Shown here: piece by piece, positions 28,617-38,175 of the stretch
Layout of the letters: every line of letters begins with the position of its first letter
Position numbering within the stretch: the first letter of the stretch is position 1
Source of the DNA: an uncultured Verrucomicrobiae bacterium
GTDB lineage: Bacteria; Chlamydiota; Chlamydiia; Chlamydiales; Rhabdochlamydiaceae
Assembly: GCA_963718565.1 (NCBI GenBank)
Contig: OY970364.1
Coordinates: forward strand, 1,024,001 to 1,088,000
Direction: 5' to 3'
Length of the DNA stretch: 64,000 nucleotides
The notes under the pieces: generated by a model
The model's database searches: none
What the model was told of the DNA's origin: nothing
What the model saw: the letters and a program-made list of their open reading frames with translations, nothing else
Made by a program: the position numbers and the translations under genes

Positions 28617-31082
28617 TTAATCGGTTTTGGTGACTTTCCATAGTGTGGTGCCTTGTCGTTCACCAGCCACTTCAAGGCGATAGCCTTGTTCGATCCGGTT
28701 TTTAAAATTTTTAAGTTTATTGCCAAGCCACCTCTCGTTCAGTTCCCCTTTATTGGTGCCTGCGAGACTTAGAAGAGCTTCGTAGAGAGTGGCGCTTACG
28801 TCGCTGCTTTCATGAGCTTTTGCCACGAGTTCTTTGACTTTGACGGGGGTTGAGCCGAAGATTGCAAACCAGGCAGAAAAGAGAGCTCCTAAAGCTGTCC
28901 TGATGGGGTCTGTGGATTCGATTTCTTTACGCGAGAGGCATGGGTCGGGCAATCCTAGCCATACAATTGCAGATCTGATCCAGTCGCTCCACTCCTCGAA
29001 TCGGCCAAACTGCTTGATATTTTGCATGGGCCGCCCGGCAATGTGGAAGGCTCTAAGGATAGTGAGTCCGGCGTTGACCAAACGCGGGCGGTTTTCGGGA
29101 ATATACTTGTGGAGATTGATCGAGAAGGATCGCTCTTCAGGGCGTTCAATGCGGGGATCAAGCTGGCAGAGCAATGTTCGAGTGCTTAGATCGCCAATGA
29201 AGGTCAAGTTATTGCCTGTCGCTAAAAAGCAGCTGTCGGTAGGGACTGTAGCCGTGCTCGAACCGCCAAGCACTCTATCCTTGAATTCTTTTTGCGTGAG
29301 GACAGAGCACAAAGATGGACTGCCGAAGGGGCGTTCGACATTGTCGTAGCAGATCATGAGGTCACCTTCCATAAGTACGGAAAGAAGACGTTTGCGCTCT
29401 TCGATCTCATTTTCGGCCATTGATAAAACGCTATTGGGCTTTCCTGTAGCGATCAGTGCTATGGCATCCGCAAGAAGGCTTTTCCCTGAACCCATCTTGG
29501 GAGCCGTAATTCCGATCATTGGAGCCGTTGCAATCGATTTGCGGACCAAGGTAGTCAAAATGCCGGCAATTGCAACCGATTTACTTTCGAGATTTGCAAA
29601 AAGAAATCCCTCAAGCACTATTGTTAATTTTTCAAGCGCACATTGAGCATCTTCAAATGTGGGTTTTACTAAAATCGGCTCCCAGTATGTGTCGTAACCT
29701 AAAAATAGCAATCCGGTCATTGGATCGTAACCTGGACGGTCGATGATTGATCCATCTGGTCGAAGCGTGGGAGCGTGAATGAGACCGCGGAGAACCGGCA
29801 ACTTCCATTGTCCACGCGCAATCAGAGTTTTCGCGATCTTTTCGGGGCAGTCGATGTCTTTTTTCTTTCCTTTGCTGTTCATGGTTGTCCAAAGGGCTTT
29901 TTGCGTGAGCAGTTCGGTGAGATAAGTAAAATTGACGTCCGTAATTATATAGGCATTCTCAGATCTTGAAATCGATGAATCTGAGGGCTTTGTGGCAGCG
30001 GGCACCGCACGGACGAGCCTTCCCCCTCTTTGAAAAATACCTGTATCGGGTTTTAGAAGAATCCCCTCTGCCTCATCTGTGGCGATGTGTAAATTTCCAG
30101 GGCAGACGACAATCTCCGTGCGATCAGATGATGAGGTCGCCTGCATTTGATACGATTCTGCGACGAAAGCCAATGCAGCTGCAATCGTTCTTTTGCGATA
30201 GTCAGGCCTATTGCCCCATTTGCTTCGTTGTCCAAGAGCTGAGCCCGAAAAAAGGCGTTCAAGCTGATCTTCGTCCCTTGTGTAAAAGACTAAAAGGTTC
30301 ATCAAGGCTTGATCGGCCGCGGATTCGTCACCTCCATATTCGGCAGTGCTTCCATTGTTATAGAGCAACTTGAACTTACTGCCATTTTTAGCCGAGGAAG
30401 CTATTTTGAGAATGAGCTCGTCTTCCATGATGGCTGAAGATGGTTCTTCTCGATGAGGAATTTGTTGAGGGGACAATGTTGGAAAATATTGATCGCAAAT
30501 CTCCGTGATTTCGGCTGTAGCTTCTCGAAGCGGCCGAATTTCTCCATAAGGATCGTTTGTGATGCAGGCAAAACGGCCGTGGTCATAGATTTCAAGGAAC
30601 TCTGAACGGCAGGCCTTTGAGATTTTATGGCCCTTTGCATAAATGTGTAATCCTGTGCGTGACTGACTGTATTCGACATAGGAATTCACTTTTTCTACAA
30701 TTTCAAGGGCGGGCAGCGACATTATGCCCGTATCCTTGTCTATGATGTGATCGAGATCAATGAATACAAGTCCAGTTTCAGGGGTGACAGCGAATCCAAG
30801 TAGACGAGGCTTATATTTAGCCCCAGGGTCATCTGCCAGGCGCCTCAATGCCTCTTTTGCCTCTTTGAAAGTTCCCCAAGTGCCAGAATCGTTAATTTTG
30901 GCAGGAAGGCCTGTATGAGGATCGATGGGAAGCTTTTTGATTTTACCATCGTTTTGAGGAATGAGGGAAAAACACACCCAAATTCTGTCATTTTCAAGAT
31001 AAGCTAAAGGCTCCGGAAGGTACGGATCCATACTATGAACCGGCCGACGCTCAGGCTCATTATTGATCATTTCAATCGCCAT
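28617..31082 (-). CDS. Primase-polymerase (NrS-1-like) fused to a P-loop helicase
   Basis: KKLPIDP.TG, TWGTF, FIDLDH, EYSQSRTGLHI, EIYD.GRF, DESAADQAL; APKMGSGKS, YDNV, ATGNN. Confidence 0.85.
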   Translation of the reverse strand: MAIEMINNEPERRPVHSMDPYLPEPLAYLENDRIWVCFSLIPQNDGKIKKLPIDPHTGLPAKINDSGTWGTFKEAKEALRRLADDPGAKYKPRLLGFAVTPETGLVFIDLDHIIDKDTGIMSLPALEIVEKVNSYVEYSQSRTGLHIYAKGHKISKACRSEFLEIYDHGRFACITNDPYGEIRPLREATAEITEICDQYFPTLSPQQIPHREEPSSAIMEDELILKIASSAKNGSKFKLLYNNGSTAEYGGDESAADQALMNLLVFYTRDEDQLERLFSGSALGQRSKWGNRPDYRKRTIAAALAFVAESYQMQATSSSDRTEIVVCPGNLHIATDEAEGILLKPDTGIFQRGGRLVRAVPAATKPSDSSISRSENAYIITDVNFTYLTELLTQKALWTTMNSKGKKKDIDCPEKIAKTLIARGQWKLPVLRGLIHAPTLRPDGSIIDRPGYDPMTGLLFLGYDTYWEPILVKPTFEDAQCALEKLTIVLEGFLFANLESKSVAIAGILTTLVRKSIATAPMIGITAPKMGSGKSLLADAIALIATGKPNSVLSMAENEIEERKRLLSVLMEGDLMICYDNVERPFGSPSLCSVLTQKEFKDRVLGGSSTATVPTDSCFLATGNNLTFIGDLSTRTLLCQLDPRIERPEERSFSINLHKYIPENRPRLVNAGLTILRAFHIAGRPMQNIKQFGRFEEWSDWIRSAIVWLGLPDPCLSRKEIESTDPIRTALGALFSAWFAIFGSTPVKVKELVAKAHESSDVSATLYEALLSLAGTNKGELNERWLGNKLKNFKNRIEQGYRLEVAGERQGTTLWKVTKTD

Positions 31083-31088
31083 AATATC

Positions 31089-31298
31089 CTAAGCTTTAGA
31101 ATGGTCGTCTATGTAAGACAGGAAGGCCTGCTCGTCTAAAAGAATCTTTCTTCCCAATTTTTTAACAACACGACCGTTGAAATTGTCCTTATTGGTAAAA
31201 ATGAGGTGGCGAATTCCCCCTTCAGGAATGGCCCTATATTTGTCGAGCCATTGCTTGAGGGTAAGGAAGCTTTTTTGATGGTTGAGAGTTGTAGACAT
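31089..31298 (-). CDS. Small HTH DNA-binding protein (AlpA/excisionase-like)
   Basis: FLTLKQW...GGIRHLIF...VKKLGRKILLDE..F; AGGAG RBS. Confidence 0.75.
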   Translation of the reverse strand: MSTTLNHQKSFLTLKQWLDKYRAIPEGGIRHLIFTNKDNFNGRVVKKLGRKILLDEQAFLSYIDDHSKA

Positions 31299-31390
31299 GC
31301 TTGCTCCTAGTAATTATGACTTTTCGTCATTTACTTTCTTTATATGTGGAGCAATATAATTGATTGTACTAGATGCGCTTATCGGACAAG

Positions 31391-32461
31391 CTAACGCAAT
31401 TGATTCGGGGTGATATTCCGAAGATTAGCCTTCTTGCATGCCTTAGCAAAGCTCCTTCGGACCATGCGCGGATCGATTGGGCCACCGGATTTGTTTTTAA
31501 AGAGAAAAACGTCTGTATTGCGAGCAAGCTCAGAAAGTTCAGCATACATCGATCCGAGAACATAATAGCAGACCATCTTCGAGCCCGGAAAAGCACGTGA
31601 TCTCACGCAGACAGAATTGCCTCCCGCGTTGTCGGGAAGACACTCCCTTATGTGCTTTAACGAATCCGAGCCTATGTCGGATACTTGGATAAGCAAAACA
31701 GATTCTAAATGAACAATCGGAGCATCTGGATGGTTGCATATTTCATGATTGAACCACCATAAAATCCGGGCTATGAGTTCGTGGGTGGAATTGATCTCTT
31801 TTAAAGCCGGGAAAAAAGTTTTAGCTTCTTCTTCTGTAAGGCAATTTTTCCTCTTGGCGCGATAAAATTTATTTCCCTTTCTTGTCTTTTTCATGCGAAA
31901 ATCTTGTGGGTTTTTCAAGAATGCATGAAATGACCTGAGCATGTTGTACATCTTGTCATTGTAATTGTAATACTTGCTGCTGTGAGGCCCGAGGGATGAA
32001 AACTTGAGTGCCGATTCCTCTACTGTGTTTGCTCTTTGCAAGTAATCGTCTAGGGAAACAAGCGGATCAATAATGCCCTCTTGAATTAAGTCGCCGAATA
32101 ACCTCCTGTACTGAGCCGTGGTTGTCCCCGAGGTTCGCAGAGCGATGAAATATTCAATGGCATTTTGAATAGGGCTATTTCCATGGATTTTGATAGTGTC
32201 TGGCGCTTTTGCACCAGTATCAACGATCCAGGACAAAGGGAAATTATTGAATTCACAGATTTCCTTAATTTCTGAAAGCCGGGTCTCAGTTGGATCGATG
32301 ATTCTTGGAATTGGATAGTCGATGGGAAACTCGACCTCTTCGACGATGTATTCCCCTGGTTTAGCTTGTGGATGATATTGCGGAATGAGCGCAACGCGTT
32401 CTCCTTTCCAATAACCTAAAAAGAACCCGCCTCTGCAAATTTTTCTTCTAACCATTTTCAT
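31391..32461 (-). CDS. Tyrosine-recombinase-fold protein lacking catalytic residues
   Basis: LTEEEAKTF, ESVLLIQVSDI, FLFKNKSGGPI, ends ITPNQLR*; ATGA overlap with the integrase stop. Confidence 0.7.
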   Translation of the reverse strand: MKMVRRKICRGGFFLGYWKGERVALIPQYHPQAKPGEYIVEEVEFPIDYPIPRIIDPTETRLSEIKEICEFNNFPLSWIVDTGAKAPDTIKIHGNSPIQNAIEYFIALRTSGTTTAQYRRLFGDLIQEGIIDPLVSLDDYLQRANTVEESALKFSSLGPHSSKYYNYNDKMYNMLRSFHAFLKNPQDFRMKKTRKGNKFYRAKRKNCLTEEEAKTFFPALKEINSTHELIARILWWFNHEICNHPDAPIVHLESVLLIQVSDIGSDSLKHIRECLPDNAGGNSVCVRSRAFPGSKMVCYYVLGSMYAELSELARNTDVFLFKNKSGGPIDPRMVRRSFAKACKKANLRNITPNQLR

Positions 32462-32991
32462 CCAAAAATCTCCTCGTTCATGCGTTCTACAACTTTAGAA
32501 ATGTGCTTCTGCGTTAGATGGGAATATCGCCTCGAAACTTCCAAATGTTTGTGGCCTAGTAAAATTCCGATCTCGATGAGGCTAGAACCGGACATTGCCA
32601 TGTAGGAAGCAGCTGAATGCCTGAGATCGTGAAACCGGAAATCTTTGATCCCGGCCTGTTTTAGGGCAGAAATCCAGGCCTTCCGCAGATCCATTGGTTT
32701 GCCAGGGACTTTCCCCGGGAATAGCAGGTTATGGTGTAATTGGCGCTCTTGCAGGTGTTGCCACAAAAGATCTAACGCAAGGCTAGCGAGAGGGATCGTC
32801 CGACAGGTTTTGTTTTTCGTTTTTTCTAGAATAATCTGCTTTCGCTGAAGGTCAATTTGCTGCCAGGTTAGATTCATGATCTCGCTTTGACGCATTCCGG
32901 TGCTGATCGCCAGTACAACCACGATGTAGAGAAAGGGGCTATAGCTGGCCTTGCAAGCATTGAGCAGCCTTTCGCGCTCGTCATCGCTTAA

Positions 32992-35058
32992 CCCAAGTTC
33001 GCGGCTTTCCCAGAGGAGCTATGCAAATTCGTCACTACATCTTGAATTAAACGAGTGTTTTATGACCTCTGAGAATTGAAGACGATAATCCCAGCGCCCT
33101 GTAAATCTCTATTTGCTCGCCTTCTGCCTTTGTAGTGCTGCGGTGGTAGAGCACCCTGCCTTCTGTTGTCTTGGCCCGCACAGTTACTCGGACTCGAGTA
33201 ATCATGATATTACGTATTGTCTGCCACAAATAGTTTATCCCTTTTCGAATTAATTGGTGCCTGCAGTGTTGGATTAGATGGTAGGCAAGTATGGTGATCC
33301 ATAAATGCCCGTCCACTCGATGTTCCTTCTGGTGATAGACTGGACGCAATCCTAATGAGGATTTCATAAATCGAAACGCATCCTCAACGCTTCTGAGAAC
33401 ATTATACAATTGCCATAACTCTTTTGCTTCCAAATCGGTTCGATTTGTTCTCAGAAAATAGGAGCCAGTGAGCTTTTCTTGCATTTTTTCTTCGATCACC
33501 TTCCATTCCACAGCAATTGTGGTGAGCCCATCTTCTGAAGGAATTGCATTGACTTCATAGCATCCTGAAATTCTCTTATGCTTTTCCTTGAGCCGACCTA
33601 CCCGTTCAAGCACTTTGTTATGCTTCTTGCGCCCTTTAGGTTTGGAAAGACCATTCGCAAGTTTTTGTAGATCATCTTCAAATCGTTTTCTAAATTTTTT
33701 CTTCATCCCTGAGGCGACCGCTGCTTTTGCTTCAGATTCGCAATAGAGCCAATTTTCCTCATTACCATCCTGACTGATCAAGGCAGCTTTTACTAGGTCA
33801 TGCTGATCACCTACTGAGACTAATTGTCCTTCAAATTCAACAACGGGAGGATCTTGTCTTGCTGAGACAACATACGTATATCTATTCTTGCGTAACCAGG
33901 TCAGATTCTCTTCGGTAGCAATCCCTGCATCCAATACAATAGTTGGCTTGATTAGAGACGAGTGAATACTTAGGCTCGCGATCATTGTTTGTAGGGTTTG
34001 GGGCTCTGAAGCATTTCCTGCAAGTAATGAGGTTTTGATGAGAAATCCGTGCTCATTCATGACTAGCCCTATAGTAATGAGAGGGCAATCATTTCGTTTT
34101 TCTTTCGAAAGACCATAGGCAGCTTTTGGATTTGCCTCAGCCCGCCCTTCTGTATAGGTATTGGTTAAATCGTAGAGAGCTATTGTACTTTTGTATCCAT
34201 GAAATTGCTGTTCGATGGTTTCTAAAGCTGTTTCCAACCCGTCTTTATGAGACAGCAACGTATCGCTGATTTTATAGAGCTTGTGCAAAGTAGTTTTTGT
34301 AAAGTCGAAATCAAGCAATTCGCCAAGACCACTGCTAGTGCATAGCCACCGATAAGCTTCCCTTTCGCTGCTTGGGTGTACAGCCCTGGCAACGATCGAT
34401 CCCAAGGCAATTGCGGCATCTGTTTTTGAAAGGCCTAGTTTTTGCAGCTGTTCCGGCAGTTTGAGTTGATTTCCCATCTGAAGTAAGAGATGTTCCGCAC
34501 CAACAGACCGTGGTTCAGTCTGTTCAATTGAATGAACGTCGATATTGACAAATTCAGGTAGTAGATCTTGTTTTAGTTGTTCCGCGTTGTCTCCTGGGTC
34601 GGACAAACGACGCACAATCTGCGAGGTGTAAGATTGGGCTAGCTTTTGAATCTCTTCTGGATAAGCGAATAACGATTGCGCACTTGTAAGAATATCTTCA
34701 ATGCATTGAGCGAGAAGTGCATGCTGTTCTTCTGGGAGGTTGATTTCGGCTCCCATGTATAGAAGCGCGCGTTGGCGCGGGCCTCTATCAGTCCTCACGG
34801 ATTCAACCAAGTGAAAAGCAGAGTAGGTTTTTCCGCTCTTACGGTCTGTCTTGAGGGTTTTTCTTATATACATGCCCTCAGATCTTACCGATGGATCGAA
34901 TTTATTTAAACATGAAATAATTATTTTACAGATTTTCAGTCACTACAAATTCGCAAAAACAGCAAAGCACTAAAAATAAGGGACTTACGAAAGCAAAGGT
35001 TGATTTTAATGTTGTTGATTATGAGGGACTTAGGTCAGCTCTCTCGGGCGAACTTGGG
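32992..35058 (-). mobile_element. Complete IS1634-family element (2067 bp)
   Basis: TIRs CCCAAGTTCGC; TTAA duplicated at 32988-32991 and 35059-35062. Confidence 0.93.
33047..34873 (-). CDS. IS1634-family transposase
   Basis: LYDLTNTY.EG, SKEKRNDCP, VLDAGI, VEDAFRFMKS.LGLRPVYHQ. Confidence 0.92.
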   Translation of the reverse strand: MYIRKTLKTDRKSGKTYSAFHLVESVRTDRGPRQRALLYMGAEINLPEEQHALLAQCIEDILTSAQSLFAYPEEIQKLAQSYTSQIVRRLSDPGDNAEQLKQDLLPEFVNIDVHSIEQTEPRSVGAEHLLLQMGNQLKLPEQLQKLGLSKTDAAIALGSIVARAVHPSSEREAYRWLCTSSGLGELLDFDFTKTTLHKLYKISDTLLSHKDGLETALETIEQQFHGYKSTIALYDLTNTYTEGRAEANPKAAYGLSKEKRNDCPLITIGLVMNEHGFLIKTSLLAGNASEPQTLQTMIASLSIHSSLIKPTIVLDAGIATEENLTWLRKNRYTYVVSARQDPPVVEFEGQLVSVGDQHDLVKAALISQDGNEENWLYCESEAKAAVASGMKKKFRKRFEDDLQKLANGLSKPKGRKKHNKVLERVGRLKEKHKRISGCYEVNAIPSEDGLTTIAVEWKVIEEKMQEKLTGSYFLRTNRTDLEAKELWQLYNVLRSVEDAFRFMKSSLGLRPVYHQKEHRVDGHLWITILAYHLIQHCRHQLIRKGINYLWQTIRNIMITRVRVTVRAKTTEGRVLYHRSTTKAEGEQIEIYRALGLSSSILRGHKTLV

Positions 35059-35730
35059 TTAAAAACCGGACCCTGCCTGCGGGTTCCCTTGGCTTTGTAA
35101 TTTTGCTGACAGAAGAAGACTCCAACCAGCCAAACTCCTTGATTCCTGTCGAAAAAACACTGCCGATAGCGCAAAGATACCTCACCGCTGTAGCAGGGCT
35201 TCTTGGCCTACCCCGCTTGGTCATTCCCTGTAAGAGCTCGTCCCTGCCGCTGGCAATCATCGCAGGCGTGATGTCGCAAAGCAGATTGCTTCCTAATTTT
35301 CTCTTCCACCACTGCAGCTGAGCTTTTTTATAATCAGGAGGATTGAACAGCTCGATGTAGCGCTCGATCATATCCCCGAGCGTGTGTTTTTTTGCCTCGG
35401 AGGTTTTAAAGTGGCGTCCTTCTCGAATGGCCGCTTCTGTGTGCTGCGCCCATTTCTTTGCATCCGTGACACGAGCAAAGGTAGCAGTTTGCGTGGGATG
35501 TCCTTTGAGTCTGATAATCACTTGAAACCGCGTATTGCCATCTTGGTCCAGTCTTTTGTTTATCGTGGCCACGATTCTCCAACGTTTAATATATTAAATT
35601 TGGATTCAACACAAGACCTTTGGTCTTATGATTACACGGTACGAAACAACAGAACGTAAGGCTTCATTATTCGCTTATCGGACAATTTAATAAGCCGAGC
35701 TGATGAAAGCTTTATCTGTCGATAATACTT

Positions 35731-35764
35731 TTTTGTGGAGTGCAGCATTAGTGCAGCATTCAGG
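35731..35764 (+). repeat. Arm-type integrase site candidate (right)
   Basis: TTTTGTGG AGTGCAGCATT AGTGCAGCATT CAGG upstream of int. Confidence 0.65.
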
Positions 35765-36005
35765 ACTGAATGCAGAAAAAAAGCAGCTAAGTTTTACACT
35801 TAACTGCTTGCAAGACAATGACTCCAGTTACTGGTTACGTTACGAACTTTTGACTGGATCGGCTTCTCTCAAAGCTTTAGAAGCCATCTCTTTATAAATG
35901 AACATCCCCAAAACCGATGCAGACGCCTTTGAAGTTTTAGCGGAAAGATTTCTCATAAAAAAGTATAATCATTGCCGTTACCTCTCTAGGAAAAAAGATT
36001 CTAAA

Positions 36006-37223
36006 ATGGCGCGAAAAAAGAAATCGACAAAGAAAAATAGTCCGCCCCCTCTTACAGCTGATAATCTTTTCAAAGCTGCCAGCAAAGGGTTAAACGCAGA
36101 TTTTACGAGAATTCGCGAAACAATGCCTCACCACGGCACTGCGGGGACAGAGACAGAAAACGTACTAAATAAATTTCTGAACGGTCATTTACCTAGACGG
36201 TTTGCAGCTGCAACAGGCCTGGCTATTGATACAGAAGATAATATCTCTCAACAATTCGATACCCTTATTTATGATGCAGAAAACAACCCCGTATATAGAG
36301 CTGGAGAAAATTTCGTAGCACAAATACTACCCTCTGACAGCATAGCAGCCGCGATCGAAACTAAATCTAACCTAAACAAAGGGGAACTCAAAGATGCTGC
36401 CGAAAAAATCGCCAGCATAAAAAAGCTAAAAAGAAGTCCTATCTCAAATCAGGATCAACAGGTAAATTTGTCTAATTTTATCTCGATAACCTGCTTGGGT
36501 GTTGTCTTTGCCTACACATCAACCACATCTCTCAAGACCTTGGCAAAAAATCTTAAGGAAATCAATCAAACAATCCCAAAAAGCCAAAGAATCGATCTCG
36601 TAGTAGTTTTAGACAAAGGAGTCATCGCATATGTTCCAAAAGTTCCCGGAGAAAACCACTCCCGGGGCTTAGTAATGATGCCCGAAGCCACAAACAATTT
36701 TAAAATTCCCGCTTGGTACATTCATCTTTGCATATTTGAAGAACCTGAACACGCTCTTCACTACTTTTTTATCCATTTGATGTCTTCTATTGCATTTTTT
36801 AGAAGAAGAATACCGTTACCATTTGACAGCCTATTGAAAGGAGCTTCGAATCGAATTCAATCCATTCAAGCCTATTGGTACAATTGCGCCCGGGATCTCG
36901 TAGAAATCCCGCCTGAGTATACACAGAAAAAGAATCCTCCCTTGCTTACTTTTAATGTATTCCTTAGAGGGGCTAGGAATGTAATAGGGCAATTTCATCA
37001 ACACAATTGGTCTGACGGCTACATATACCAAGTGATTCCTCCAACTCCAGCAGCACTCGATGTGCTCAGCTTCATTATCGGACCTAGCGGCCAGAAAAAT
37101 AATTCTTTAGTGCCTAATTCGGATGGACTGATCAGTCATACAACCCTATTAAAAGGACCGCCTCCAAGCTTAGATGACATCAAAAAATATTTATCTCAAA
37201 GTCCCTTTGAGATTAGAGAATAA
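36006..37223 (+). CDS. DUF6602/NucC-like putative nuclease with C-terminal extension
   Basis: HHGTAGTETE..L..FL..HLPRRF, IDTEDNISQQFDTLIYD, AIETKS; probable start MARKKK at 36006. Confidence 0.75.
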   Translation: MARKKKSTKKNSPPPLTADNLFKAASKGLNADFTRIRETMPHHGTAGTETENVLNKFLNGHLPRRFAAATGLAIDTEDNISQQFDTLIYDAENNPVYRAGENFVAQILPSDSIAAAIETKSNLNKGELKDAAEKIASIKKLKRSPISNQDQQVNLSNFISITCLGVVFAYTSTTSLKTLAKNLKEINQTIPKSQRIDLVVVLDKGVIAYVPKVPGENHSRGLVMMPEATNNFKIPAWYIHLCIFEEPEHALHYFFIHLMSSIAFFRRRIPLPFDSLLKGASNRIQSIQAYWYNCARDLVEIPPEYTQKKNPPLLTFNVFLRGARNVIGQFHQHNWSDGYIYQVIPPTPAALDVLSFIIGPSGQKNNSLVPNSDGLISHTTLLKGPPPSLDDIKKYLSQSPFEIRE

Positions 37224-38163
37224 CCTTGCTCTCCCTAAATCCAGCATGTTTTAGTGCGCCTATTTCGTCTTCGTGCGACAGGATATGCACACAAAACCTG
37301 TAAAAAGTGTCGTATAAAGAACCAGACCCTCTAAATACAACCGCTACCGCTGGTCCGATCCATTTGATCTCGTCGGCCTGAACGCCCGCTAAATCAAAGC
37401 CAGATACGGTTTCTGAAGGAATCTCTCCGACCCCTCTCCATACCGCACTGCCACTTGTTCCGCCCCATGATTTAGGTAAAATCGGCCCATCGACGCCCTC
37501 GCGATTGATTTCGCAATAAAATTCATCCACCCGTTTGACAAAATCACCATTGCAACTCCTGGCCGTTGCCTCAAAAAAGTCGGGTTTATCGGGTCCCAGA
37601 AAATGAAATCCGGCCTGTTCAAAATACAGGGTGTTTCCCTGTTTTGAAACCTTTTCACTGGGAGTTGCCTCAAAACCCCAAATCCAATTATTAACAGCAC
37701 CTTTTTTCTTTAGGCTGAGCCTCTGTGAAAAATGATTTGCTGCGGATTTGTCAAGGTCCCAGATTTGATAGCCTAAATCGAGAACGGCGGCGTCTGAGTC
37801 CAATTCAATAAATGAAATATCAAGACCTCTGATTCCCAAGTCAACTGGATAATGCGGCAAGGAAATAATAGATTTTAGTCTAAGCCCTTGTATCTTTTCT
37901 GATTTGTACCCAGGAACATAGACCCAATCTCGTTTTCTTAAATCGAACATCATTGCAACGTGATGGTTGGTAAGAATCCCTGGGCGATTCCCGATCCGGA
38001 CGAACGTACCGCTAGCGATGAATTCGGCGATACCTTTGTGCTCTTCTCCTAGATCCAATAGCCTAGTGCAATAGGGCTTTGCAAGCGCTTCGAAATTATC
38101 CAATAGTTTTGGATGATTTATTCTGACCATTCCCAACGTCATCGGCTTACGTTCTTTTTCCAT
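37213..38163 (-). CDS. Trypsin-like serine protease, no signal peptide
   Basis: ASGTFV, ILTNHHV (His), LDISFI (Asp), WGGTSGSAVW (Ser). Confidence 0.7.
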   Translation of the reverse strand: MEKERKPMTLGMVRINHPKLLDNFEALAKPYCTRLLDLGEEHKGIAEFIASGTFVRIGNRPGILTNHHVAMMFDLRKRDWVYVPGYKSEKIQGLRLKSIISLPHYPVDLGIRGLDISFIELDSDAAVLDLGYQIWDLDKSAANHFSQRLSLKKKGAVNNWIWGFEATPSEKVSKQGNTLYFEQAGFHFLGPDKPDFFEATARSCNGDFVKRVDEFYCEINREGVDGPILPKSWGGTSGSAVWRGVGEIPSETVSGFDLAGVQADEIKWIGPAVAVVFRGSGSLYDTFYRFCVHILSHEDEIGALKHAGFRESKVIL

Positions 38164-38175
38164 AAGGGAGAGAGA

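Larger units (their letters stand above)
32458..35572 (-). pseudogene. Tyrosine integrase interrupted by IS1634
   Basis: Removing the IS and one TTAA restores RVRFLSDDERERLLNACK...STGMRQSE...KTKN...HDLRHS...LGH...RRY. Confidence 0.95.
15268..35860. mobile_element. Element A: tyrosine-integrase, satellite/PICI-like integrative element (ends approximate)
   Basis: int-HTH-primase/helicase-ori-HGGxSTG module plus cargo; matching tandem TGCAGCA repeats near both ends. Confidence 0.7.

Noticed and set aside
35840..35865. tRNA- or dusA-derived att core next to the tyrosine integrase
   Set aside because: Similarity too short and no matching direct repeat found at the other end
36006..37223. CBASS system
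   Set aside because: No CD-NTase or other nucleotide cyclase recognised nearby
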